This document shows positions 31,246 to 40,857 of a stretch of 64,000 nt of DNA, piece after piece. Under the pieces are notes generated by a model. The model saw only the letters and a program-made list of their open reading frames with translations. It was not told the DNA's origin and did no database searches. This DNA comes from Opitutales bacterium (GTDB lineage: Bacteria; Verrucomicrobiota; Verrucomicrobiia; Opitutales; PNEW01). The position numbers and the translations under genes are program-made. The stretch's first letter is position 1; each line of letters opens with the position of its first letter. The stretch is taken from contig CBDANS010000007.1 in assembly GCA_965197745.1 (NCBI GenBank), positions 128,001 through 192,000 of the forward strand, written 5' to 3'.

Positions 31246-31908
31246 TTACCTGCGAGACAGCGCAAAAAGGTAAAGTAGATTTCCCAAGGACGCGATAAAG
31301 GCAGCCACATAGGTAAATCCTGCCGCATCCAAAGTTTTGCTTACCCCTGGGATTTCTAAAGGATCAATGATTCCCAGATTCGGCAGTTGAGCCTTAGCTC
31401 GCCTGCTCGCATCAAATTCTACAGGAAGCGTTACCAGTTGGAAGACGGTTAATACAAGATAAACAAAAATGCCCAACTTGATTAGGCCCAAGATACCAAA
31501 GAAAAAACCGCCAATAATTACAAATGGCAGCAACCGTGATGCAAAGTTTGTAATTGGAATCAGAGCCATACGAAATTGAAGCGCTTTATAACCCACTTTG
31601 TGCTGAATAGCGTGCCCAGCCTCATGGGCGGCAACACCCAAAGCCGCTAAACTCGTGCCCCTGTAATTCTCTTCACTCAAAGCAAGGCGTTTATGTACCG
31701 GATCATAATGATCGGTCAAATGACCACGAATGGCTACGATATTAACATCGTCAATGCCGGCGCTTCGCATTACATAAGCTGCAGCTTCCCGCCCGGTAAT
31801 ACGACTGCGGGAATTCACTTGAGAATATTTATTATAAGTACTGGACACCTTTGCCTGTGCCCACATACCGATAATTATAGGGATAATAATAAATAATAGA
31901 AAGTTCAT
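31246..31908 (-). CDS. Neutral zinc metallopeptidase, YugP family
   Basis: LTDHYDP, VAAHEAGHAIQH, TLPVEFDASRRA. Confidence 0.93.
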   Translation of the reverse strand: MNFLLFIIIPIIIGMWAQAKVSSTYNKYSQVNSRSRITGREAAAYVMRSAGIDDVNIVAIRGHLTDHYDPVHKRLALSEENYRGTSLAALGVAAHEAGHAIQHKVGYKALQFRMALIPITNFASRLLPFVIIGGFFFGILGLIKLGIFVYLVLTVFQLVTLPVEFDASRRAKAQLPNLGIIDPLEIPGVSKTLDAAGFTYVAAFIASLGNLLYLFALSRR

Positions 31909-32048
31909 TGCTCAATAGATATCTATACAGGGGACAGGGGATAAAACAATCTATTCCCCTATCCCACAAGTCAAGTTAAAGAGCCTCTCGATAGTAAGCG
32001 TTCAGTTACATCCTCGTATAGCCTTACTCTTTCTGAAAATTCTGGCAG

Positions 32049-33454
32049 TGGAGTGACCCCCAAAAATGGTATCATTAACAGAGAGAGGTTATGGGGATAA
32101 CCCGATAACCTCAATGAAAAGAAAAGGATATACAACAGAACAGATCATAGCAATACTGCGGCAGCCCGATACGGGCAAAACCGTGCAGGAAGTCTGCCGC
32201 GGCAACAACCTAAGTGAACAGACCTTCTATCGCTGGGGCAAAAAGTATGGCAACTTGGAGCTGGCTGATGCGAAGCGATTTAAAGAGCTGGAAAAGGAGA
32301 ATACGGAGCTGAAGAAGATGCTCGCTGATCAAATGCTCAAGCTTCGGGTGTTGGAGGAAACGCTCTCAAAAAAATGGTGAGCCCAAAGCAGAAGAAGCGA
32401 GCAGTAAAAGATGCGGCTGAGAAGGGGCTGTGCTCGTTTTAGAGGGCTTGTGCTTATCTCAGCCTCAGTTGGTCAACGTACAGCTACCGACCCAAGCAGG
32501 CCAGTAAGAAGGCTCAGCGGTTGGCCGAGCGGATTGTAACCCTGTCCTGGGAACATCCCCGCTACGGTTATCGGCGCATCCGTGCCTTGCTGGTGAAGGA
32601 AGGTTGGGCGGCGAGCAGGAAATTTGTACAGGCAGTGCGACGTTCTTCGGGCTTACAGGTAAAGCCACCAAAAAAGCGTAGACACCGTCAAGGAGTCTCT
32701 ACAGGGTCGCCTACTAAAGCAACCGGTCGCAATCACCTTTGGTCCTGGGACTTTGTCCATGATCGCACAGACCATGGCGGTCCATTAAAGATGATGACTC
32801 TGATCGATGTACCGAGGAGCTGAAAGCGACGACACTCAAGCGAAGCGAAGACATATACGCGTGAATGTCTGGATATCCGGGTCGCTCGTGAACTCACCTC
32901 ATCGGATGTCCTCTCTGTGCTTAGCGAGGCCATTGAAAAGGAGGGAGCTCCCAGCTATATCCGCAGTGATAATGGCAGTGTTCCGAGGAGCAAAGCGACG
33001 ACATGCGAAGCCATTTATCGCTCATCAAGTACAGCGGTGGTTGCGTGAAAAAAACATCAAGGCGATATATATCGATCCGGGTAGTCCCTGGCTACCGAGC
33101 GAAGCGACACCTCAACGAGCCAAAGCGAGAATAACAAACGGTTTCATCGAGTCGTTTCACAACCGCTTACGCGATGTACCGAGGAACGTAGTGACGACAT
33201 AGCGAAGCGCTCATGTTTGAACCCTGAAGTGTTGCTCAGCGTGGCTGAAGCGCAAGTTCTAATCGAACAATGGCGTCAGACCTATAACAATGAACATCCC
33301 CACCGTCGATCAGGCTTTCAAAGCCCACAAGAGTTTGTCACATTCCTTTCAGATCCTGGCCGCGCCAAGATCTCTCATATACATCAATCCTAAAACCATT
33401 TACACCCGGTAACTCTCTCACTTAATAATTGGTACGAAAAACGGGGTCCGATCA
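32049..33454 (+). mobile_element. IS3-family (IS407-like) element, copy 2; orfA intact, orfB interrupted
   Basis: IRL TGGAGTGACCCCCAAAAATGGTATCA, IRR ...GGGGTCCGATCA; orfA 32114-32380 ends at A7 slippery site (KKW); orfB has a stop near 32440 and four hairpin inserts. Confidence 0.95.
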
Positions 33455-33646
33455 CCAGTGCCAGGCCGCTCCCGCAAAATAATTACGGTCATCTTGAACG
33501 AACCTGAATTTATTATATCTTCCCTTTTCCCCCCGGAAACTTTTAAGCTCCTCTGTCTTCTCTTGAAACGCTTCATTTCGTCGAAGTAATTCCCATACCT
33601 TCGCCGGTATGCCGTCCTCACAGGGATTGTAGACTGGTAAGTTCAT
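33455..33646 (-). pseudogene. Truncated gene with WELLRRN motif (DUF6499-like), cut by IS3
   Basis: ORF runs into the IS3 IRR; WE(F/L)LRRN is a motif I associate with ICE regulators. Confidence 0.4.
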
Positions 33647-33885
33647 GCGTACTATTGCTTCTCTATCGGTATTAAATTTAACAACCGTTTGGACTCATCC
33701 TCCACTCCTTGAAGTGGACACTGCCCAGCGCAATATCCGTCGGCTTTTGACTTTGGTGGGCATCGTCTACTGCTAGTTCAATTAATTCCTGTGCGAACCA
33801 TTAGTTCTACCAAACATCGCTTGCCTCGTGGTGTCAATATGTCCTGTTAATTGGCAGTGTCTCAATTTGAAAATTTTGGATCCCA

Positions 33886-34905
33886 TTGACAAATTTTATT
33901 AATCATGCGGTATTACTTCACCCATATTTACAAATGATGAAACGTAGTTTCTTCCCCTTTCTGTTTTCGTTAGTCTCAATGTGCGTTGTGTCGCCAACGG
34001 TTGTCACTGCTGAAGTTGTGTCTTGCGCGGATCACTCTATCGCGGCCAGCGCGATACGCACAACGGGGGACGTAAAAGCGTTCGTGCAATGCGCCTACGA
34101 GTATGTCCAGGAAGAGGGCTTTGATGAGGCCCGCAGAGCCTTTAACGAGGATGAGCGCTGGAGAAGCGGTCCGATCTATGTCTTCGTCTCCGAATCGACC
34201 CCGACGAGCGATCAGGCGCGACGCTTCGTCTTCCCGCCCGACCGGCTCAACGAAGGAACATCGCTAGGGTTGCTGATTGATGCCTACGGCAACGACTACT
34301 ACAAGGAACAGCATCGCATCACGAGCAGCGTAGGAGATGGCTGGATCTACTACTCCTTTACAAACTTTGAGACGGGCAGGGATGAACCGAAGGTTACCTA
34401 CATCAAGAGCATCGACTGGGACGGGACCCCCGCTGCGATCGGCGCGGGGATCTACCGCCGCGACATCCCGGGTGCATGCAACAGTGAAGAGGTCAACGCC
34501 ATGTTGCTTGATAGCGATCCTTCCAACGAGAGACTCATGGAGTTTGTCCGTTGCGCCGCAATGGAGCTAGAAATGAAAGGCTATTTTGCCATCAACACTT
34601 TGACAACGGAACCGCGATGGAAACACGGATCAATCTACTTGTTTGCCATCGATACTTATGGCTATACGCTGTTCAGTGGCGATTCATACAGCCAGCCGGA
34701 TATAATGTCCGAGTTGGCGGGAACGGTCACAGACCATGACCTTGTGAGCGTTGCGGACGCTTTCGGTGAAACCTTTCTCTATTATTCGAGTCGCAATCCG
34801 TCCACCGAAATGATGCAGCAAAAGGTGACTTTCGTTAAGAGAATAGTGTCCTTTGGTCTGCCGATTCTAATTGGCGCCGGCTATTATCTGGAGGAGGGAC
34901 AGTAG
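33886..34905 (+). CDS. Stand-alone secreted protein with two Cache-like repeats
   Basis: Signal peptide; two repeats (FVQCA...RWRSGPIYVF...K.TY.K...IGAG.Y and FVRCA...RWKHGSIYLF...KVTFVK...IGAGYY). Confidence 0.8.
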   Translation: MTNFINHAVLLHPYLQMMKRSFFPFLFSLVSMCVVSPTVVTAEVVSCADHSIAASAIRTTGDVKAFVQCAYEYVQEEGFDEARRAFNEDERWRSGPIYVFVSESTPTSDQARRFVFPPDRLNEGTSLGLLIDAYGNDYYKEQHRITSSVGDGWIYYSFTNFETGRDEPKVTYIKSIDWDGTPAAIGAGIYRRDIPGACNSEEVNAMLLDSDPSNERLMEFVRCAAMELEMKGYFAINTLTTEPRWKHGSIYLFAIDTYGYTLFSGDSYSQPDIMSELAGTVTDHDLVSVADAFGETFLYYSSRNPSTEMMQQKVTFVKRIVSFGLPILIGAGYYLEEGQ

Positions 34906-35169
34906 GTCGGGAATAGCTCACTTCTAAGAAGAAGTAAATGCGGCTACTCTGTTTAAAGGGGATGCCCCAAAGGGGGAGACTTATAAACTCTACATGGAAA
35001 TATTTGAGTGCCCTTTTTAACCCTGGTTTCACAGGCAGGTTCCCTGAGAATCGTATCCGAGTTGGTACAGATTAAAGGCGTGAATAGATTATAAATAAAT
35101 ATCACCACCCAGGCATTTTTGATGTTATTCAGTCTGTGATGGCTTCTGAACATCTCAAAAGTCTTCCAC

Positions 35170-36054
35170 TCAGAAAAGCCTTTTCACTACAAACATCCAA
35201 GAGAAACGATTCATTGGACTAATCGTTTCAGTGGCTTTAAAATCAGGATCTGAGGCATTCATGGGATGGATCGAGTATTTACCATCAGATTTGAGTTCAG
35301 CAGTACGTGAATAAGCCGTTGTTACGCCCAGAACTATTTTCTCATTGAGGTTGTAATCAATGCCGAGGAACAGTTGCCAGAATAAGACTCTGTCAGACAG
35401 ATCTTTATCTGAGTGAGAGTTGTAAAATGACAATGGGGGATCATAGTTTCCCTGGGGTACAGCAGTATCTTCATATTGGGAATCGTAATACACCCCCGAA
35501 ACCTTGGCCGAGGCGAGTCCGAGACCGCCCCCCACATAGGGGGCCCAACGGGACTCATTGGGAAAATCATAAGAGGCATTAAAGGAGAGGGTACGGAGGG
35601 TGAGGTCATCAATTCGAGACTCTGAACGGCTTTGGACGGTATTGTTGGAAGGCTTCAGAGGGGCTCCCTCGAAATCGGTGATTTTCTTGAAAGTTTGCTC
35701 AACATCGTTTTTTTGTTGAGCAAAGGACACCTCAAAGCGTAGCCGCTGGTGTATCCGGCCAATGGAAATCACCCCACGGGTGCCATATTTTTCCTCGATA
35801 TCGTAATGCCAGTGGTATCCCGATGGTGGTGGTGAGTCTCCAGTAAAACAGTCATCGGTTGGGTAACAGGTGGTGTCGCGATTCCAGCCCTCGTGGGTGC
35901 CGGAGGCCGAGTTGCCCCCGATTCCAACACTGGCATACCACTTGGAGCGCTTTGATTCTTGCTTCTGAGGTTCGATTTCTGCACCAAAGGCAGAGGTCCA
36001 GGTACAACCCGCTAACATTAACGCCCCAGCGGCCAAAATATTATTCATTGTCAC
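35170..36054 (-). CDS. Outer-membrane beta-barrel protein (OmpW/P44-Msp2-like)
   Basis: Signal peptide, NASYDF, PYVGGGLG, LGIDYNL, C-terminal Phe. Confidence 0.82.
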   Translation of the reverse strand: MTMNNILAAGALMLAGCTWTSAFGAEIEPQKQESKRSKWYASVGIGGNSASGTHEGWNRDTTCYPTDDCFTGDSPPPSGYHWHYDIEEKYGTRGVISIGRIHQRLRFEVSFAQQKNDVEQTFKKITDFEGAPLKPSNNTVQSRSESRIDDLTLRTLSFNASYDFPNESRWAPYVGGGLGLASAKVSGVYYDSQYEDTAVPQGNYDPPLSFYNSHSDKDLSDRVLFWQLFLGIDYNLNEKIVLGVTTAYSRTAELKSDGKYSIHPMNASDPDFKATETISPMNRFSWMFVVKRLF

Positions 36055-36664
36055 TGCTTTGATAAATTACCTCCGGCATGTGCCCCCGTCAAATCCTCTT
36101 GAGTGTGACTATCCCTATCTGGGTAAAGTCACTGTCCCTTAACTGTCTATCGTGCCTTGCTTGTCATGTACGCTATCTCGCTCCGTCTTTCCGACGTAAG
36201 TTTCCTTGTCCGCGAAGATCCGCCCAATTAAACCGCGAACTGCGATGAAAAATTTTCTTGCCCACGAGACTCCGTCCTTCTGCCCGAACTTATGCACTGG
36301 CTCAACCTTATGGCTGATTTCCCGTTCGCCCGTATCCAACACTACGACGCACGGGACAGGTTGTTTGCCATCGCGGGTACGTTCTGCTCTCTCTTTCACG
36401 ACGAAAGATTATGACACACTAACGGTGCAGTGCAAACTCAATATTTTCAAACTGACCTACTATCAGCAACCGCAAGTCTGGCCAATCTCCCTCGCTGATG
36501 AGGCTGAAGATGTCACCCAAAGTAATCATGGAAAACTTAAAAACTCCTCTCAAATCGATAGGGGAAAATAGTATTCAACAGTAATGCAAAAAGCAGACGT
36601 TCTTTATCGTTACAGCTAATTATGATGCTTGTGGGTAAGCATGAATCCGGATGGCAATACCCTA

Positions 36665-37951
36665 TCAATCTAATGGTTTAAATGCGACAACTGTTTGCTT
36701 TTCATCTGCCGGAAGAATTGAGAAATATTTTTCTCCCTCTGATCTGCGCGCAAGACTCCGGTAATGATCAAAGAGAACCTGGTCGCTCGATCTATGCCCA
36801 AGCATCGCTGCTGTTTTACTCGCATCACTGGTCAGGGCATAATAGTAGCTGCCGAAACTGTGGCGCATCGCATTGCTGTATTCTTCTTTCCACTTGGGAA
36901 AGCCCGCTTCTCTGGTAAGTTCTGCAAAGCTTTTGAATAAATTAGTTGGTGCAATACGCCCTGTCTTTTTAAAGCATAACTGTAACCAAGCTACACAATT
37001 GTCCATTAGATCAATGACCCTTAACTGGCGCTTTTTAGCTATCTGCGGGCCAACCGTCAGTAACTTGCGCTCCAGGTCGATGGCCGACCAGTCAAGCCTG
37101 GATATTTCAGTGCTCCTTAACCCTGCAAACAGTCCTAATGCCACCAATGGGAGCAGCCCCATATCTTCATCTGTCTTTGCTGCATGGAAGACCAAATCTT
37201 CTGCTTGACTGACCTTGAGAATGACAGGGGGCTTCCAGTCTATTTTTGGTATTGGAATTTTCTTCACGGGATTATCGACCCGAAATCCATTGTTCACCGC
37301 ATAGTTAAAAAAAGTGCTTAAGCATAAGCGGTAGTTTATAATGCTTCTCACAGAGAGAGTGGTAAAGTTATTGAGCCACTCTTCTATTTCTGGCTGGGAA
37401 ATCTCCTTGACCAGTCGGCTCCCAAAGTTTCTTGAGAATATTCCCAGCCGTGAGCGGATATCATTAATCGAGCGAGCGCGCAGATTCTGTTTTTCTTTTT
37501 CCTCAATCATTGTTGCCGTTAACTCCAACACTGAGATATCACCCGCCGGGGGATTCAAATGCAGCTTGGCAAACTCTGCTGCCTCCGAGAGGGTAATGTC
37601 GAAACCTTCCAGTATTTCGAGCGCATTGAATGCATCCTTAGATTGGTAACCAGTCAGGTTATAATGATGCTGCCCATGTTGAAGCAGTTGTTCGTGTTGC
37701 TCTTTCGCCCAGGCAAAAGCGACCTCTTTATCCTTGAACTGTCTTCTCATTCGCTTGCCCGCGAACTTAGAGGGAATCAAAACCTGGTAGGAAAATCCGT
37801 AATCATCGCCAGCGGTTCGATTGATAACTTCCCTGACTGTGATAGAACTTTTATTCGGGTGCTCCCAGCTATTAAGGGGACTCGACTTTTTACGTTTTCC
37901 TTTAGTTGCCTCCATCAAGTAAGACAATGCCTCAATCAGGTTTACTTGCAA
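36665..37951 (-). CDS. Tyrosine recombinase/integrase
   Basis: FAGLRSTE (R), AKK, AMRHSFGSY, MLGH, DHY; SAM-like N-terminal region. Confidence 0.92.
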   Translation of the reverse strand: MQVNLIEALSYLMEATKGKRKKSSPLNSWEHPNKSSITVREVINRTAGDDYGFSYQVLIPSKFAGKRMRRQFKDKEVAFAWAKEQHEQLLQHGQHHYNLTGYQSKDAFNALEILEGFDITLSEAAEFAKLHLNPPAGDISVLELTATMIEEKEKQNLRARSINDIRSRLGIFSRNFGSRLVKEISQPEIEEWLNNFTTLSVRSIINYRLCLSTFFNYAVNNGFRVDNPVKKIPIPKIDWKPPVILKVSQAEDLVFHAAKTDEDMGLLPLVALGLFAGLRSTEISRLDWSAIDLERKLLTVGPQIAKKRQLRVIDLMDNCVAWLQLCFKKTGRIAPTNLFKSFAELTREAGFPKWKEEYSNAMRHSFGSYYYALTSDASKTAAMLGHRSSDQVLFDHYRSLARRSEGEKYFSILPADEKQTVVAFKPLD

Positions 37952-38023
37952 GCTTTATTGACAATAATTAATCAGGAATATTTTAAGTTATTGATATATT
38001 CTTTAAAAGACGGGGAGGCAGAC

Positions 38024-38105
38024 CCGTCTTCGTCAGTAGTCTACGACGTGGCAAGCGAAGGCTAAGATTATAGTATGATTTGGAGGGCCACGCTCCGTCG
38101 TGGCC
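38024..38105. repeat. REP-like palindromic units between integrase and htpG
   Basis: CGTCTTCGTCAGTAGTCTACGACGTGGCAAGC and GGCCACGCTCCGTCGTGGCC hairpins. Confidence 0.55.
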
Positions 38106-38167
38106 GCTTTGGAGTTCGATTTCAATGGACTATACGCGGACGCGATCACCCTGAATCAGCTTATCTC

Positions 38168-40051
38168 TTATTTTCTTTTACTGGAGGGAGGGGATTTATT
38201 TTCCTTGGTAACGCGTTCGAGAATATCGTAAACGCGGTTGACCATACTACGCGGGTCTTCGATAAAACCGGCGGCAACCATAGCATTATCAAAAATTTGT
38301 GCTACCACCATTTTAGCCAGACCCACATCGGTTCCCTTTAGCGATGCAAGATTTTTTATGAGGGAGTGACGTGGATTTATTTCCAGATTAACGAGGGGGG
38401 TGGATTCAACATCCTGCTGCATCGCTTTCATCATGCGACGCATACTGGGTGTCATCATTTTGTCGGCGTTGAGAACGACAGCCGGGCTATCGACAAGGCG
38501 GCTGCTGCCAACCACATCTTTTACTTTTTCACCCAGGGTCTCACTGATGAACTGACAGAGATCCTTAAGTTTTGCTTCGGCTAAAGGTTTTCCCTTGGTA
38601 GGAGTATCTTCCAGCTGTAGGTCTGCCTGGTCAGCGGAGACTAATTTTTTACCATCGAATTCATTCAAATGTCCCAAAGCGAATTCATCAATGGGGTCGA
38701 ATACGTAGAGCACTTCAAGATTGCGCGCTTTAAATGCTTCAATATACGGCCCCAATTCTATGGTTTTACGGCTTGGGGCATGAAGATAATAAATCTCTTT
38801 TTGCTCTTCTTTCATTCTCGAAACGACGTCTGCTAAACTGGTCAGCTTTTCTGGTTCGGTCAGTGACGACTCGTATCGCAAGAGTCTCCCCAGTTGCTCG
38901 CGGTGATTATGATCTATAGATATGCCTTCTTTTAGATAGAGATTAAACTTGGTATAGAATTTTTCGTAGTTTTCAGGATTCTTTTTCGCTTCATCTTCAA
39001 GATATTTAAGAAAACGCCGGGTAAGGACACGATTAAGCTTTTGGACAAGGGCACTGTCCTGCATTGTTTCCCGCGAGATATTCAAGGGAAGATCTTCACT
39101 GTCTACTACCCCCTTGAGGAAACGCAGCCATTCCGGCAAGAGACCATCGGGTTTGCTATCGATTAGAATTTTTTTACAATACAGACCCACCCCCGGATCA
39201 ATGCGTCCAAAGCCCCAGCGTTCAGTGTTTTCCTGGGGAACGAAAAGCAGGGCATTTATGGCTAAGGGCGCATCGGCACTAAAATGGAGATGAAACATCG
39301 GATCATCAAAAGCATTGGCCTGAAATTTATAAAACTCGGTATATTCGTCGTCCTTGATTTCGTTCTTGTTTCGCATCCATAAAGCTTGAACGGTGTTAAC
39401 CTTATCACCGTTAAGATTGATAGGGAACTGAACAAAACTTGAGTAACGTTCGAGGATAGTCTTGACGCGATCTTTCTTCGAGAATTCTTTATCTTCATCC
39501 TTGAACTTTATGATAATTTTACACCCACGGCGCTGCCCCTCCACAGGTTCGATAGAATAATCGCCGGCCCCCGAGCTTTCCCATAATAGATGCTCAGCAT
39601 CAGGTTGCCACGAATGAGTGTAAACTTGAACGGATTCTGCCACCATAAAAGAGCTGTAAAATCCGACGCCAAACTGACCAATAAGATTTGCGCCTGTATC
39701 AGCGTTCTCCTTTACCGCCTGGAGAAACGCCTTGGAGCCAGAGTGTGCGATGGTTCCCAGGTTTTCCACCAAATCATCCCGGGTCATTCCGATACCGAAA
39801 TCCTGGATCGTGAGGGTGCCCGCGGTCTCATCGGTGGTGATATTAATTTCCAGTTCCAGGCGGTCATCGAAAATTTCTTTTTCGACAAGCTGCGTGTACC
39901 GCAATTTCTCGAGAGAGTCAGAGGCATTCGAAACCAGTTCGCGGACGAAGATTTCCTTATCGGTGTAAAGAGAGTTGATGACTATATCGAGCAGTTGTTT
40001 AACTTCTGCTTGAAACTCGTGTTTTTCCGGTGTTGTCGTAGCCATATCCAA
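38168..40051 (-). CDS. htpG: Molecular chaperone HtpG (Hsp90)
   Basis: FQAEVKQLL, RELVSNASD, IGQFGVGFYS, DSEDLPLNISRE. Confidence 0.98.
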   Translation of the reverse strand: MDMATTTPEKHEFQAEVKQLLDIVINSLYTDKEIFVRELVSNASDSLEKLRYTQLVEKEIFDDRLELEINITTDETAGTLTIQDFGIGMTRDDLVENLGTIAHSGSKAFLQAVKENADTGANLIGQFGVGFYSSFMVAESVQVYTHSWQPDAEHLLWESSGAGDYSIEPVEGQRRGCKIIIKFKDEDKEFSKKDRVKTILERYSSFVQFPINLNGDKVNTVQALWMRNKNEIKDDEYTEFYKFQANAFDDPMFHLHFSADAPLAINALLFVPQENTERWGFGRIDPGVGLYCKKILIDSKPDGLLPEWLRFLKGVVDSEDLPLNISRETMQDSALVQKLNRVLTRRFLKYLEDEAKKNPENYEKFYTKFNLYLKEGISIDHNHREQLGRLLRYESSLTEPEKLTSLADVVSRMKEEQKEIYYLHAPSRKTIELGPYIEAFKARNLEVLYVFDPIDEFALGHLNEFDGKKLVSADQADLQLEDTPTKGKPLAEAKLKDLCQFISETLGEKVKDVVGSSRLVDSPAVVLNADKMMTPSMRRMMKAMQQDVESTPLVNLEINPRHSLIKNLASLKGTDVGLAKMVVAQIFDNAMVAAGFIEDPRSMVNRVYDILERVTKENKSPPSSKRK

Positions 40052-40193
40052 TATTGAATATTTGATAGTTAGGTATAAAAGTTAAAAGGGTTTGGAGATT
40101 ATAGAAACCGTCAAAAGTAACAATAAAGAATAAAAAATCAAGTTCATCGGTGAGGAGGAGAATGGGCGCTTAACTTGAGGAGTATCACGGAAA

Positions 40194-40550
40194 ATTAATA
40201 TTAGTATTATAATAAAACGCATCTATGAGAAACCAGAGAAAAAAGATGGTTTCAGGATTCTTGTTGATCGCCTGTGGCCACGCGGTTTAAAAAAGGAGAA
40301 AATACAAATTGATCTCTGGCTTAAAGAGATTGCGCCATCAAATGAGCTTAGACAATGGTTTCGTCATGAAACGGATAAGTGGGATTCGTTTAAAATCCGT
40401 TATTTTGAAGAGTTAAAAAGCAATCCTAAAGCGGTCGAAATTCTGTTAAAAAAAGTTGAGCAAGGGCCCGTTACCTTTCTCTTTTCATCAAAGGATGATA
40501 AATATAACAATGCAGCTGCATTGAAAGTGTATATTGAGAGACAACTGTAA
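40194..40550 (+). CDS. DUF488/YeaO-family protein lacking an ATG/GTG/TTG start
   Basis: Manual translation IKRIYE...[18 protein letters not shown]...[15 protein letters not shown]...YNNAAAL; upstream in-frame TGA at 40176; GAGGAG at 40177-40182; absent from ORF track. Confidence 0.85.
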   Translation: MNISIIIKRIYEKPEKKDGFRILVDRLWPRGLKKEKIQIDLWLKEIAPSNELRQWFRHETDKWDSFKIRYFEELKSNPKAVEILLKKVEQGPVTFLFSSKDDKYNNAAALKVYIERQL

Positions 40551-40593
40551 GCGAAGATGTCTGAATGCGAGTAGTCATAAACAACCCATCCCG

Positions 40594-40718
40594 GCCCTGA
40601 AGGGGTGACACAACATATCTTCCGACGGTAATTGTGTCGCCCCGCTGGGGCTAGGTTTTATTTCTATACCCACACAGCTGGCGCTGTGGGCTATGTTTGT
40701 CACACCCCTGCGGGGTGT
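40594..40718. repeat. REP-like palindrome cluster
   Basis: GCCCTGAAGGGGTGACACAA / TTGTGTCGCCCCGCTGGGGC inverted pair, CACAGCTGGCGCTGTG hairpin, TGTCACACCCCTGCGGGGTGT. Confidence 0.75.
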
Positions 40719-40857
40719 TAGGCTTGGGCCATTAAATCTTATTTATCGGCATCAGTCCTGCAGCAGCGCTTTCCACATTGTAAATTTAGCATATAGATGG
40801 AGTCTATAAAACAAAACAGCATTCGAGGTCGAAAAACGAGAAGAGTCTATTTAACAC

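Noticed and set aside
32981..33001. Resemblance of TCCGAG...GACGA inserts to the 8-17 DNAzyme core
   Set aside because: The required CCG-AGC-CGG stem-loop is absent; superficial similarity only
36139..36571. Overlapping 86- and 121-aa ORFs downstream of the integrase
   Set aside because: No motifs, mutually overlapping, no convincing RBS
37960..38160. tRNA/tmRNA integration site expected beside the integrase
   Set aside because: No cloverleaf, T-loop context or CCA end recognisable; only REP-like hairpins
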